Shown here in pieces: positions 10,492 to 23,713 of a stretch of 64,000 nt of DNA. Under the pieces are notes generated by a model. It was not told where the DNA came from and ran no database searches. It was given only the letters and a program-made list of their open reading frames with translations. Position 1 is the first letter of the stretch; each line of letters opens with the position of its first letter. The stretch lies in assembly GCF_006345805.1 (NCBI RefSeq), contig NC_042997.1:145576001-145640000 (forward strand), read 5' to 3'. Source of the DNA: Octopus sinensis. Lineage: Eukaryota. Position numbers and translations under genes: made by a program.

Positions 10492-11621
10492 TAGGCAGAC
10501 TGACAGATAGGCAGGCAGACAGATAGATAGATAGACTTAACGGTTCGGCAAATGAGAACCGAAAATAAAATAAAAAGTGCCTCAGGGGCGATTTAGTTGA
10601 CTAAATATTTTAAGGCGGTGCTCCAGCGTTGCCGCAGTCTAATGACTGAAACAAAAAAGATTTAAAAAAGTAGAAAGAGTCCTAACTGTGTGGCGACTTA
10701 ACAGTTTTTATGAGTTTGTCTGAGAACGAATAGCAGTTCAGACATTTTTCATTCTTTGATTTTTATATGGCCTCCGAAAGTGGTGACTGATATGGCGAGA
10801 AATAGAAGTTATCTTCAAACTTGACACCTAGCTCTGAATGATTGCAAGAGAACTGATTCCGTATTAAAAGTACCCATGGGTGGGCAAGGTGACGGTAAAT
10901 GTGGTGATAAACCGTTAGACGAGTTAGTCAACTCTGTCAGGAGCAGTCAACTGTATGAATGAATAACAGTAAAGAAAATATTAAAAAGAAAAAAAAAAAA
11001 AGCTCACCAGGAGAAAAAAAAAAGGAGAGGAAAAGAAAAGAAAAGAATGGAAGACAATACAGAAGGAAATTGCGTAAGCAGAGTCAGAAAGAAGAAAAGA
11101 AGAAAGAAGTAAGGAGAAAGGAGAAGAAAAAAAAAAGAAATAAGAAGATATGAGTATTATGGCGTATTACGATTAAAATGAAACGAAGAAAGAAGGAAAG
11201 AATGGTTAGTGGAATACAAGGTATTGTTGTTAACTTGTTCAGTTATGATCTGTGTCTAGACAGGATATAAGTGAACTGGTAGTAATCAGATAAGCCGGCC
11301 ATTAATCGGAAGATCATATTAGTAGAGCTAAGCTTTCTATCTTTCCGCTCAATAATTGGCGTCCTATTTTAGTGACTACTTTAAGGTAAAGGTCAAACAG
11401 ATTGTTGCCATTGTTGTTGTGAAGTGGTTGTTGTTTACTTTGACATGTCTCGAGTTTCATATACTTTGTTTTGTCTTTACTAAAACAAAGTGATAAAACA
11501 ACAACAACGACAAAAAAAAATGACAGAAAAAATGAATACACAAACGCATACATACATACATACATACATACATACATACATACATACATACATACATACA
11601 CATACACACACACGCACACAG

Positions 11622-11679
<58 letters not shown>

Positions 11680-11868
11680 CATATATATATGCACAAACAT
11701 AAATACATAGCCAGTGACACTTAAAAAAAACCTGAGATGTAACAGAGAGTAGTAATCTTTTCACTACGATGGATGATTAAACTGTACTTCCGTATTGAAT
11801 ACTTTCCCTCTTGTTTGTAAATTCAAACATACACACACACACACATATTTTTGTATGTACGCGTCTGT

Positions 11869-12200
11869 GAAGGCGCATGGTCAATGGTTAGAGCGTCGGA
11901 CACACAATCATGAGGTAGTGAGTTCGATTCCCGAACAGGGATGTGAGTTGTTTTCTTGAGTAAGAGACTATTTCACGGTGCTCCAGTTCACTCAGCTGTA
12001 GAAATGAGTTGCGACGTCACTGGTGCGAAGCTGTATCGGCCTTTGTCCTTCCCTTAAATAACATCGGTGGTGTGAGACAGGTATGCATGGGCGACTGCTG
12101 GTCTTCCATAATCAACCTTGCCTGGATTTGTGCTTCGGAGGGTAACTTTCTAGGTGCAATTCCATTGTCATTCATGACCGAAGGAGGTCTTTACTATTTC
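11869..12200 (+). mobile_element. tRNA-derived SINE, family C
   Basis: A-box/B-box-like head gaaggcgcatggtcaatggttagagcgtcgg...gagttcgattcc; body ctccagttcactcagctgtagaaatgagt; homologous to 34030-34348 on the minus strand. Confidence 0.8.
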
Positions 12201-12238
12201 CTTCCATGCGTCTGTAATCATGTACGTACGTACGTACG

Positions 12239-12278
<40 letters not shown>

Positions 12279-12499
12279 TACATACATACATACGAGTATT
12301 AGTCTGTTATTAAGACAGTGAGTTGACAGAATCTTTAGCACGCCGCACAAAAGTATTAAGCGTCATTTCGTTCGTCTTTACGTCCCGAGATCAAATTCTA
12401 CCGAGCACTACGTACCAGTTATGCACTGCGGTCGATGTAATCGACTAGTCTCTTCCTTTCCACCAAATTGCAGAGCTTGTGCTATCGTAGAAAGGAATA

Positions 12500-13255
12500 T
12501 TTTCTCTGTATTACAGGATTTGTTGGAACTCCAGGAATCTTACATGCGTAGCGGGCTTACTACCTGCAGCCTATGGAACCATGCTTATTCGTCCTTTTCA
12601 GCTGTCTAACTTTCCTGATTATTCTGGATGTGCCAAGGCGGCAAACCTTTTGTAACAGTTCTACTGGGAATTCTATTCCAATTTCCTTTATATTCCTCTT
12701 GATGCCTTCTGATACTCTTCCCAAGGACCTAACAATAATTGGCATTATCTTTACCTTCTTTATTTTTCAATAGTCGGGCTATTTCATACTTAAGGGAGTT
12801 GTATCTATCTTTCTTTTCGTCTCCCTTCTTGACTATTCGTAGGTGAAAGAAAGAGGCATGCAACATCGACTAGGTCCGGTCTGCTATGCTCTAGCACCTG
12901 ATCTGTTTGGATTGGGAAAGCCCAATGGATTTTGCTAAAGTCCGATCCGCCACTCTCTTCAGTTTCTGCTTATACCACGTCTTGCCTATCTCTAGCCCCC
13001 AATTTTCGCACTGTTTCCACTATAGCACTTTCTCTAACTAGTCGTGTCGCCACTTGTAGTGGTTTTGGGCAGTCTAGGGCATTCGTTCGTGATATGGGAA
13101 ATTATTTCAACTACTTTATTGATGATGCGGTACAACAGAGACACTTGTCCATTCCTCAAGTTAGCCCTCCAGCTTGATCTTGCGCGGCCAGTATAGTGCT
13201 CTCGATCTCTTTTTCTAGGGTTCCTTTCCTCAGCCAATCCCACCTATTTTTTCCA
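12500..13255 (-). pseudogene. R4/Dong/HERO-type non-LTR retrotransposon 3' fragment (CCHC knuckle plus restriction-like endonuclease)
   Basis: VEIISHITNECPRL (zinc knuckle), KIHWAFPIQTDQVLEHSRPDLV (RLE W..D..RPD motif), MPIIVRSLG...ELLQKVCRLGTSRIIRKV (C-terminal PIVxGxLG...LQKxxLLGTxRI). Confidence 0.85.
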
Positions 13256-14281
13256 TCAACTTCTGTTATGGTTACATGCAATTGATTGTATAGTTCCTTG
13301 TTGCACGGTTCTTCTTCTTCTTCTTCTTCTTCTTCTTCTTCTTCTTCTTCTTCTTCTTCTTCTCTTCTTCTTCTTCTTCTTCTTCTTCTTCTTCTTCTTC
13401 TTCTTTTTCTTCTTCGTCGTCGTCATCGTCATCGTTATTGTTATTGTTATTATTATTATTGTTATTGATGTTGTTGTTGCTGTTGTTGTTGTTGTTTATG
13501 TTGTTGTCTTTGCACAGCTTCTAACGCAGAAGATGTGCTACGGTGTCAGCTGTTCACTACCAGTGAACTAATGTAACAAACATGCATGGTCGTTAGACCG
13601 GAACGAGGGTAAAATAGCGAACGCTGGAGAAATATTTTCTTTGCAAAGAGAAAAGATAGAAGGGAAATACTAATGTTCGCATCGTTGAATTTTTGAATTT
13701 CTGAATTTTTTAAAAAGGTTTTCTTTTCTTTTTATTAGTTTTGTTGTGATTTACACTTTTTGTAATTGTGCCGTATATATATATATTGGTATGTGCTTAT
13801 CTTCATAATTTTTCTTATCGTGCATTTAATTGTGTTGTTGCAATAAAAGGTATGTTCACATATTCAGGTAGTTAGGGAGAAAAGAAGGATAAAATTTTCA
13901 CACAAAGTTGTAGATATTAAAGTCTTAAAATTTTCTAGAGATGTTACTTTGTCTGTCCGATCAGAGAAGACAGTAGTGTTTTTGCAATAAAAATGATGTT
14001 TACATTTTCGAATACTCAGGAAGAAAGGATAGGTATTCACAGAAGTTGTATATTTTGAAGTTTTTAAAGCTGATCATTTGTGTGTTCGAAAACTGTAGAT
14101 ATGTAAGTTTCTTAACTTATTTTGAGGGAAATTTAAAGTACTCACAGGAAATTGTAGATATTGCAGACTTTGAGAGTTATTTTCCCGTTGTAATGTTGGG
14201 TTGTATTAATATTGTTGTGTAATTAAACTGCTGACTAGTCAGAACAGTGAAGATCACGTCCAACCGCTGTCAAAGCTAGCG

Positions 14282-14365
<84 letters not shown>

Positions 14366-14574
14366 GTAGTAGTAGTAGTAGTAGTAGTAGTAGCAGCAGC
14401 GGTAATAGTATTCTGCAAGAATACCAAGAAAGATTTTTGCGATTTGAGTAATAGCTTTTGAATGAATATCATGTCTTCTGATATAGCTCCACATTTAGTA
14501 ACTTAGTGGGGAAAGGGTTAGTCGATAATGTCGACCTCGGTTCTTGACTGGTACTTCTAATATCGACTCCAATA

Positions 14575-15210
14575 AGACGGTGAGCTGGCAGAATCGTGAG
14601 CATGATGAGCTAAATGCTTAGCGGCATTTCGGTCGCCTTTACGTTCTGAGTTCAAATTCTGCCGAGGTCTGCTTTGCTTTTCAACATTTCAGGGTCGAAC
14701 GCTGGGGTCGATGTCATCGGCTTATCTCCTTCCGCGAACATGCTGGCTTTGACCAAAATTAGAAACCAATATCATCGGCCCCTGAAGGATATGTAGAAGA
14801 AGTTGAGCTCAGCAGGATTTGAACTCTAAACGTACAGAGTCGGAAGAAATACCGCAAGACAGTTTGTCCGATGCTTTTACGATTCTGCTAGCATGTCACC
14901 TTAAGTAACCCTTTCTATGATTCGCACAAGGTCTGAAATTTTGAGTGACGGAGAAAGCCAGTCGGTTTTATTCATCCCGGGGCTCGAAACGATGAAAAGC
15001 AAAGGAGTGTGTATGTGTGTGTGTGGTGGTGGTGGGGGGGACTAGTCAACTACCTCGATCCCAGCACTCAACAGGCAATTATTTTATCGACCCCGAAAGA
15101 ATGAAAGTTAAAGTCGTCCATGAGGAAATTCGAATTCAGAATGTAGAGACGGATGAAATGCCACTAAGCATTTTGCTCGGAATGCTAAAGATTCTCCCAG
15201 CTTCCCAGCT
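14575..15210. mobile_element. Cluster of decayed SINE family B copies in both orientations
   Basis: gagctggcagaatcg...gagttcaaattctgccgaggtc on plus (14580-14770); minus-strand copies at 14775-14905 and 15040-15210. Confidence 0.75.
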
Positions 15211-15434
15211 TACCACGGTAGTAGTAGTAGTAGTAGTAGTGATGGTGGTGGTGGTGGTGGTGGTGGTGGTGATGGTGATGGTGATGATGTTGATGATGAC
15301 AGTGTCTTCATCTTTCAGACATAGTGTATCTAGGAGTTCATTTTTCAATATCTTATTTTGTAAATCTTCTTTGGGACTGTAATATCCGAAAACAATATCA
15401 CATTTTAAACATGAGAACAATCCTTATTGGGTTT

Positions 15435-15519
<85 letters not shown>

Positions 15520-15664
15520 ACACACACATTTTAAAGATAAGAAAAGTCTTGCATAGTTTTGCTGTTCCGCTTACGGATTGTATATTTGTAATGTTCTGTG
15601 TGGGTCGGTTGATTTCGTTTTCTGAAATCCAAGCTTATCCATATTGCATGTGTGTGTGTATGTA

Positions 15665-15729
<65 letters not shown>

Positions 15730-16105
15730 GTGTGTGTGTATGTGTGTGTATGTGTATGTGTGTATGAGTGTTTGTGAGTGAGTAAAAGAGAGGGAGAGAG
15801 AGAAAGAGTGTGTGTGTGTGTGTGTTTGTACGTATGTATGTCATTATTCAGTTTTATTTCAAGATTTCTTGCCGATAAAGAACCAGTTTCTAACTTCATT
15901 GGAATTTCAAAATCAATGTCTGTATGCATATATGTATGTATGTATGTATTATGTATGTATGTATGTATGTATGTATGTATGTATGTATGTAGGTAGGTAT
16001 CTATGTATGTATCTATGTATCTATGTATGTGTGTGTATGTATATATGTATGTGTGTGCTTGAGTGTGTGTGCATATATATGTTTGTGCGCGTGTATATGT
16101 GTGTC

Positions 16106-16137
<32 letters not shown>

Positions 16138-16841
16138 ATAAATATTAGGGAATAAATCCAAATTTACAGGGAAAAAATCAGATTTAGGATTAAATCGATT
16201 TTATAGTAAAATATTATAAAATATTCGCGGAAGGAATATTACAGTCCCAAAGAAGATTAGCAGTAACTAATACGACAGTTGGAACAGACATACATAATCA
16301 CACACACACGCACTCACACGCACATACACTTACACACACTCACGCACTCACACACACACACATGCACACACATTTTTTTGACTATTTATTAAAATTTTAT
16401 GTATTGATTAAGTCTTTCCTTGTTTGTTTTGCAAAATAGTGGTTTTGTCTCTAATAATATTTTATTATATTTATATATATATATTATATATATATATATA
16501 TATCCCTTTTTTCTCTCCCTTTCTCTTACTCCTCCTCGTCCCTCCCGTCACTGACACGTGACCAGAGGTCTACTGCCTTTCTGACTACTACTTCCAACAA
16601 GTGAAGTCGGCTTTCTCTGTCCCTCTCAAGCCGTTTCCAAAGCGTTCAAAATATGTTTTCTTTCGTTCAGGCTTAACAGTCCTTAATGTTTGTGTTACTG
16701 TTATTCTCTTTGTCCTGTCTTTTACTGTTTTTATTTGTATTGTCTTTACTGTCCTGTTTTTGTTACCACTTTTACCCCTCCGCAAAAAATCTCAAATTTT
16801 TTATTTAATTTGCTTTGCGGGAAGGATTGTTTCCATGAAGT

Positions 16842-16902
16842 CATGTCTCGCCTTTACCTTCGAAACACGGAGTAGACGAAATAGAGGCGGCTGAAGAAGG
16901 GG
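16842..16902 (+). ncRNA. Candidate non-circularly permuted hammerhead ribozyme, family 1, copy 2 (predicted cleavage after GUC, C16847)
   Basis: CAUGUC (16842-16847) pairs with GAAACACG (16862-16869, one mismatch); 9-bp stem I UCGCCUUUA (16848-16856) with UAGAGGCGG (16882-16890) before CUGAAGA (16891-16897); CCUUC/AGGGG stem II. Confidence 0.7.
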
Positions 16903-17111
16903 AATTTTCCTTGTGTTGTATGTCTTTTACTCTGTTTTTTCGTTGTTTAAAAAATGCCCGTTTCCCTGGTTTTGTTTTTATGTTTTCGTTTCTCATCGCG
17001 TTCGACGTTTTTTTGATGTCCTGTACCCATATATGCATGTATCTATACATATAGATGTAGGTACGTACATGTATGTATGTATATATGCATATGTTTTATT
17101 TATTATTTTGC

Positions 17112-17166
<55 letters not shown>

Positions 17167-17600
17167 TAAGGAAAAATTTTTTATAAAAAATGCAGAATGC
17201 TTAAATGAAAGAAAATTTTAATAAAATGAGAAAATGATAAAATATATAAATGTATATTTATTCAACCGGTTTTCGTCATTGTATGTCTTGTCAAGAATAT
17301 TTATGTTTTAAGAAGTTTTTTTTAAAAATTAGAAAGGGGAAAAAAAGAAAATTGCATTGTTTTTTGTAAAAGAATAATGATAAAAATGTACAAAAATTAA
17401 AAAATAAGTTCTCCGATACATTGTGAGTTCGTTGTGTATCTTGCGTTTTATGGTTGTTTACAAAAAAATTACCTTGAGGTGTTAAGATCCAAAGGGATTA
17501 AGAGCATGTGTTGTGTTGTGTTGTTAAATTCAAGAGTTTTTTTAAAGATTTGTGTTGCCTTTTGCATTTGAGGATTTTGCGTGTATTTATAATGTTTTTC

Positions 17601-18070
17601 ATTTAAAAAAACTCTTGACAAATGCCAAACTTCACACACCACATCCACCCCCAACAGTAAAAAAATGTGCACGCTCAAACTGTGGTACCTGCCCCTTTCT
17701 ACTTGAAGGCTCTGAATTTACCTTCAAACAAGGTACGAAGTTTAAAATCAAGACTAACTTCTCCTGTTCCTCCGAGAACCTTATCTACGTTCTCACATGC
17801 GCTGGTTGCCAACATAATTATGTTGGACAAACGAGTCTCCCGTTACGTAAACGAGTAACGGTGCATAAAGAACAAATAAATCTCCCGGAATACCGACAAA
17901 TTCCACTGAGTGACCACTTAGACTCATGTGCTAAAGACTTAAACCCCAAATTCTATATATCCCCTTCTACCAATGTAAAGACGGGATCACCACACAGGAG
18001 AGAATTAACAAGGAGAATCTCTTTATTGAAAAATTCCAAACACAACTTAATATGCAAACTCCTCGTTGAT
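17601..18070 (+). pseudogene. GIY-YIG endonuclease domain of a Penelope-like retroelement (Neptune-type features), 5'-truncated, one frameshift
   Basis: LKKLLTNAK...KKCARSNCGTCPF...FKIKTNFSCSSENLIYVLTCAGCQHNYVGQTSLPLRKRVTVHKEQI...LSDHLDSC; after a frameshift near 17960 it continues PFYQCKDGITTQERINKENLFIEKFQTQLN. These are the CCHH/IY...YVGQT...R...H motifs of PLE endonucleases. Confidence 0.92.
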
Positions 18071-18898
18071 CAAACTTCCTTTCTCTACCTCACTTTTCAT
18101 GGATGGACTAACACAAATATATAAAGATACCATGCATTCATCACTTCAAGCTAAAACTTATATTCTTTAAATATCATTTTTACTATTGTTGTTATTACTA
18201 TCATTTTTATTATAAATGATATGACAATTTGAAATGCAATTGTCTATGCAGATTTATATTATTAGAAAATAATATAAATAAAGTGTTAAAATCTGAAAGT
18301 TAAGTTAACAAGCAATTATATAAAAAAGATAATGCAAATGAAGCTAAAATGATAGTTTTATAATTTGGGTTTTATTGAAGAACTCAAAAGAGTTGTCTCC
18401 CCTTACTCACAACACAGGAACTGAAGAACCAGGACCACAATTACTACTACTTCCTGTCCTGCAAACATGCTGAATTTAACAACACAACACAACACATGCT
18501 CTTAATCCCTTTGGATCTTAACACCTCAAGGTAATTTTTTTGTAAACAACCATAAAACGCAAGATACACAACGAACTCACAATGTATCGGAGAACTTATT
18601 TTTTAATTTTTGTACATTTTTATCATTATTCTTTTACAAAAAACAATGCAATTTTCTTTTTTTCCCCTTTCTAATTTTAAAAAAAAACTTCTTAAAACAT
18701 AAATATTCTTGACAAGTCATACAATGACGAAAACCGGTTGAATAAATATACATTTATATATTTTATCATTTTCTCATTTTATTAAAATTTTCTTTCATTT
18801 GAGCATTCTGCATTTTTTATAAAAAATTTTTTCCTTACTTATCATTTCTCCACGTGCGGTCAACACAACCCCACCATTTATTGATCTATATATATATA

Positions 18899-18936
<38 letters not shown>

Positions 18937-19491
18937 AATATAGATATACATTATACATATATAAAACCTAACAAAGAACAAAGAATGTGGAGTAACCACA
19001 CCAGCAATGTCAAATTGAATATATGATTCTGCCTTAGCTGGAGCGTCTGCCGCTACCTTTAAAAAGAACATATTGAAAGAAACTATTGCAAGGAAAAATT
19101 AAGACCGACATGACTTGAATGTATTTTATCATACGTCAGCTTGATTTTGGCCGATTTGGATTGAAATGAAAAAGACATCTGTTAAATGATTCATAGTTGA
19201 CCTTAATGTAGCAAATCGATTATTGTAAACTAAGCAGAGAATTGTTTCATGAAGACGGCATTAACGTGGTGGCTCCATCTTTGACGTCAGTGTTGGAATT
19301 AAGGCCATTTGATCTGAAGGGTCAGAAGCTTCAAAGACGGAGCTACTTATGGAGAGGAGAAACAGAGAAAAGCAAAAACTTCTTGATACACATACATATC
19401 GGAACACACATATTTATACCTACGTACGTACATTCAAACATACATACATAAATACGTACATAAATACATACACACGCGCGAACAGACAAAC

Positions 19492-19562
<71 letters not shown>

Positions 19563-19630
19563 ATGAGTGTGTGTGTATTTATATATATGTATGTGTCTCT
19601 CACTAACTGAATGTATATATACCTATTTTT

Positions 19631-19998
19631 AACTTGTTTCAGTATTCTGACTGCGGCCCTTCTGGGGCAGCTCGTTGAAAAGATTTAGTCGAACAAATCG
19701 ACTGCAGCACTAATTTCTCAAAGCCCGGTACCTATTATGTTGGCTTCCTTTGCCAATTTATGGGGACATAAACAAACCAACATCGCTTGTTAAGCAGTGG
19801 TGGGAGAAAACACAAACACACAGACACCCATATATTTATATACGATAGGCTTCTTTCAGTTTTTGTTAACCAAATCTACTCACGAGGCTTAGGTTAGCCC
19901 GAGGCTAGAAGACGCTTGCCCAAGGTGCCATACAGTGGGACTGAAACCGGAACCATGTGGTTGGGAAGCAGGCCTCTTACCACACACTGATGCCTGTG
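19631..19998 (-). mobile_element. tRNA-derived cephalopod SINE, family A
   Basis: Matches family consensus ...tcagtcatttgactgcggccatgctgg...gacaggcttctttcagttt...cccaaggtgccatacagtgggactgaaaccggaaccatgtgg. Confidence 0.85.
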
Positions 19999-20030
19999 CC
20001 ACACGCATACACACGAGCACGAGAGGCAGA

Positions 20031-20071
<41 letters not shown>

Positions 20072-21409
20072 GTTACGAGTATAGAATCAATAGCACACGT
20101 GCTGTCAACACTGCTCAAGAAATTTATGTAAATAAATAAATTTTAAAAAAATATGAATAAGACTAATAAACAATAAAATAAAATGCAGCATAAAAGTATA
20201 TAACATAAAATTATAAGTTTGATGGCTGGGAAAATTTGTGCATTTTCTCTTCTCATTATTCTCTACAGGGATTTTAATATGAGCGTGCTTTTCATGGTTT
20301 CAGTGATATTAATACCGACAATTCTCCAGTTAGTACAATCAACTGCTGATTCTGTATATGAACTTGTAGCAGAAGCATGATTGTTCTTGAACATTAGCTA
20401 CCCACATTGTGGCTTTTTACTTTTAGCTAGCCATTTTGGTTCACCACGTCATGGTCCGGTCCATTTAGCTTTACTTGGATTGTCCACCCCTTAACGTGAT
20501 GGACTAGCCTAACGACTGTACACATCAGCTATAAAATGGGAGCCTTTTGATTCGTTAAACTCAGGGGGGAGGGTGTTTTTGCTACAAACGGTTTTGTAAT
20601 TTTGATGTGAGAGCAGTTTTGATTCTCCTTGCAGTTTCAGCATTTTGAACAGAATTGTAACTGGAATCCTCGAGGGTATGCTTCGCCTCTCTCCAACATT
20701 TTGAGCATAATTGTAACCAGAATCCTTGACGATATATTTCTCGTCTTACCAACACTTTAAACAGAATTGTAACCAGAATTTTCGATGTTATGTTTCAGGT
20801 TTTTCTAACCTTCTATCTTCAATTTTTATGAGCATTTGAATCTATATAATGCATTGACAATTATCAATGTCCTACCATTGATTTTAGCGACTGTAATAAA
20901 TGTTTCAGTGCAGTCAACTGTAACTTGCCTGTGTATTTGTTTATTGATATTCATCTTGAATTCATTTAACAGAAGACATAGCATTACCAGACCTTAAACC
21001 GCATTTCATACAACCACCACACCATACTTATCGCTAAAATCTCATAACTGCGCGTAAGTGGTGCTCCAACAGAAATCTTACCATTAATACTCTGGTCATT
21101 AACAAACTACTTTGTAAATGCGATCGTTTTACATTCGAGTCATATTCCCGAATCGCCGAAGTTGACGTCACGTCAGTAATGCCTGTAGACTGTTAGCTTT
21201 ACAATGAGTACTGCTCTCCTGCATCCGGTGTCATGTCCAGCCATTTGATCTTACACAGTTTTTTTTGGGAAAGCAACAATATAGAAACTGTCTAATTGTA
21301 TTCTCTGGCTATAGGCGCAGTTATGACTGTATGGCCAATAAGCACACGTTGCAGCCAAGTGATTTCGGATTTAGTCCCACTGCACTGCGCACCGAGCTAA
21401 TGTCTTGTA

Positions 21410-22107
21410 CTGTAGACTCCCGTTGTTAAAAGATACAATGATATGAACAAAATACGAGAGCAGTCAATGGTTAAGAGTAATGTACCGAGAGTGATAAAAA
21501 TCAAACAACCAATCAACATCACGGTGTTTGGAGTGATCACTAGTGATGGCAACGTTATTCCTCTATTCATCTTCCCACAAGGCCTCAAACGCAACACGGA
21601 GACTTACATGAAGTGCCTGGAGGAGGTAGTACTGCCCTGGGTCAAGAAGGTGGCTGCTGGAAGACCCTGTGTCTAGCAACAGGAGTCTACGCCATTCCGC
21701 ACAAGCAGGAAAACCCACTCATGGATGTCAGTCAATTTTTGCAACTACATCACCTCTAACATCTGGCCACCTAACTCCCCAGATTTTAACCCCTTTGGTT
21801 ATTATGTTTGGGGCACAGATGAGCGAGAGATCAACAAAACTCCTTGTAACACCAAAGATGAACAGAAAGCAAGGATTATGGCAGCATTCACCAACTTAAG
21901 CAAAGAGACCGTCCAGTAGAGTTACAGGAGATTCCGAAGTCGTCTGAAGGCCGTGGTTAAAGCCAATCGCGATTCTATTGAATAACTTTACTCTTTAGTA
22001 TTACAAGATTTATTTTATGTATTTTTGTTATGTATATCCGTTAAAATGAGATGTCAGTATTTTCACTTTTACCTAATTTAGACGACAGTTTATTCATCGC
22101 CCCCTGA
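21410..22107 (+). pseudogene. Tc1/mariner (maT/DD37D-like) transposase 3' fragment with right end
   Basis: TVFGVITSDGNVIPLFIFPQG...YMKCLEEVVLPWVKK...QQES, WPPNSPDFNPFGYYVWG, RFRSRLKAVVKAN; terminus tttattcatcgccccctg at ~22107. Confidence 0.9.
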
Positions 22108-22131
22108 GTGTATGTATAGATTTGTGTGCGT

Positions 22132-22169
<38 letters not shown>

Positions 22170-22182
22170 GCATGTGTTCCTG

Positions 22183-22269
<87 letters not shown>

Positions 22270-22289
22270 TTATCTATCTATCTGTCTGT

Positions 22290-22367
<78 letters not shown>

Positions 22368-23526
22368 GTCTGTCTGTCTGTCTGTCTGTCTGTATGCATA
22401 TATGTGTTCGTGTGTGTATGTGTGGGTGGATAAGTACACATATACGCACTCCTTTATCTGTTTTAGACATTGGTACATCTGTCCAAATAAATTGATTTCA
22501 AATAAGATATTTTAATACAGCTGTCGGCAAGTAAGCGTTTTTTTTATTGTTTTAAGTCACACCAGAGCATTCATTTTACATTCAGAAAAACAAAACAAAA
22601 AGACTCAGTTATCGAATGTGTGAATGATAGAGAAAGAGAGGGTGAGAGAGAGAGAGAATGACAGAGAGACAGATAAACAGACAAAATAAAGTTAGAGATG
22701 GGCGAAGAGAAAGTGCAAGAGCAATCGCATTTGTACTCTATCACATTGATCTTTTCATAAAAAAGTTGTTGAAATTCGATGTCAATTTACATATATGACT
22801 CGTGATATAAAACACACATGAACATCAAAGCATAAACACACTCACACACACACACACACTCACACACACGCACATACACACACACACACGCTCTCACACA
22901 CGCACACGCAGGCAAACATATAAGTGCCTTTTCGCTATTTGCTCTTAGCTGTTTACTGTTTTGTGGTGGTTGTTGGTGTGAATATGTGTTTGTGTCTCAG
23001 CTCTTAGTTAAATAGCAAATGGTGACGTGATAAACATGATTATCAGATCCGGTTTGTAATTATTGTATGTGTGACAGGATTAGACATACATAACTGAGCT
23101 TGACAAATCGACTTTACGCTTAATTTGCGTGATCACTGATAATCTGATTAATCTTACAATATAACATTTTTTTTTTCTCTTTTATTTCAGGCTATCGAAA
23201 AGCGTGCGAGTTCTTCCTAATTTTTTTTCCCCATTTTTTTTTTTTTAGCTGTAATATATTACTTTTAAATTGACAGAATCGTTAGAACGACAGCGTCGAA
23301 CAAAATGCTTTGAGATATTTGCTTAGCATTTCTTTTGTTTTCTTTTTTTTTGTTTTTCGTTTTTAGTTTTAAATTTTTCTGGAGGGGCAGCTTTACATTT
23401 TGAACATTCCGTTGTGTCGTGAGTGGGGGGGGGGTCAATAAAATAAGCAGCAACAGTCAAATACTGGGGACGATTCATTATGCGTGTGGCCTTGGGTCAA
23501 GGTCAGAAATATATATTTTGTATATA

Positions 23527-23670
23527 GGCGCAGGAGTGGTGTGTAGCTTCTTTACCAACCACATGATTCCGGGTTCAGTTGCACCTTCGGCAAGTGTCTT
23601 CTACTATTGCCTCGGACCGACCAAAGACTTGTGATTGGATTTGGTAGACGGAAACTGAAAGAAGCCCGTC

Positions 23671-23713
<43 letters not shown>

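Larger units (their letters stand above)
16505..18840 (+). mobile_element. Rearranged Penelope-like element locus: family-1 pLTR-type repeat, (TA)n, arm A, GIY-YIG remnant, 3' UTR, inverted arm A'
   Basis: Homology of ~16690-17110 to 7775-8280; GIY-YIG coding remnant at 17601-18070; 367-bp inverted repeat 17166-17532 / 18471-18838. Confidence 0.8.

Noticed and set aside
11869-11945. tRNA-like sequences at SINE heads (also 23527, 34280-34348, 53000)
   Set aside because: They have A/B-box similarity only, with no complete cloverleaf, and continue into SINE bodies.
18372-18435. TTGAAGA-ACTC-AAAA-GAGT and CTGAAGA downstream of the GIY-YIG remnant
   Set aside because: No GAAA strand and no consistent stem I in either canonical or permuted order.
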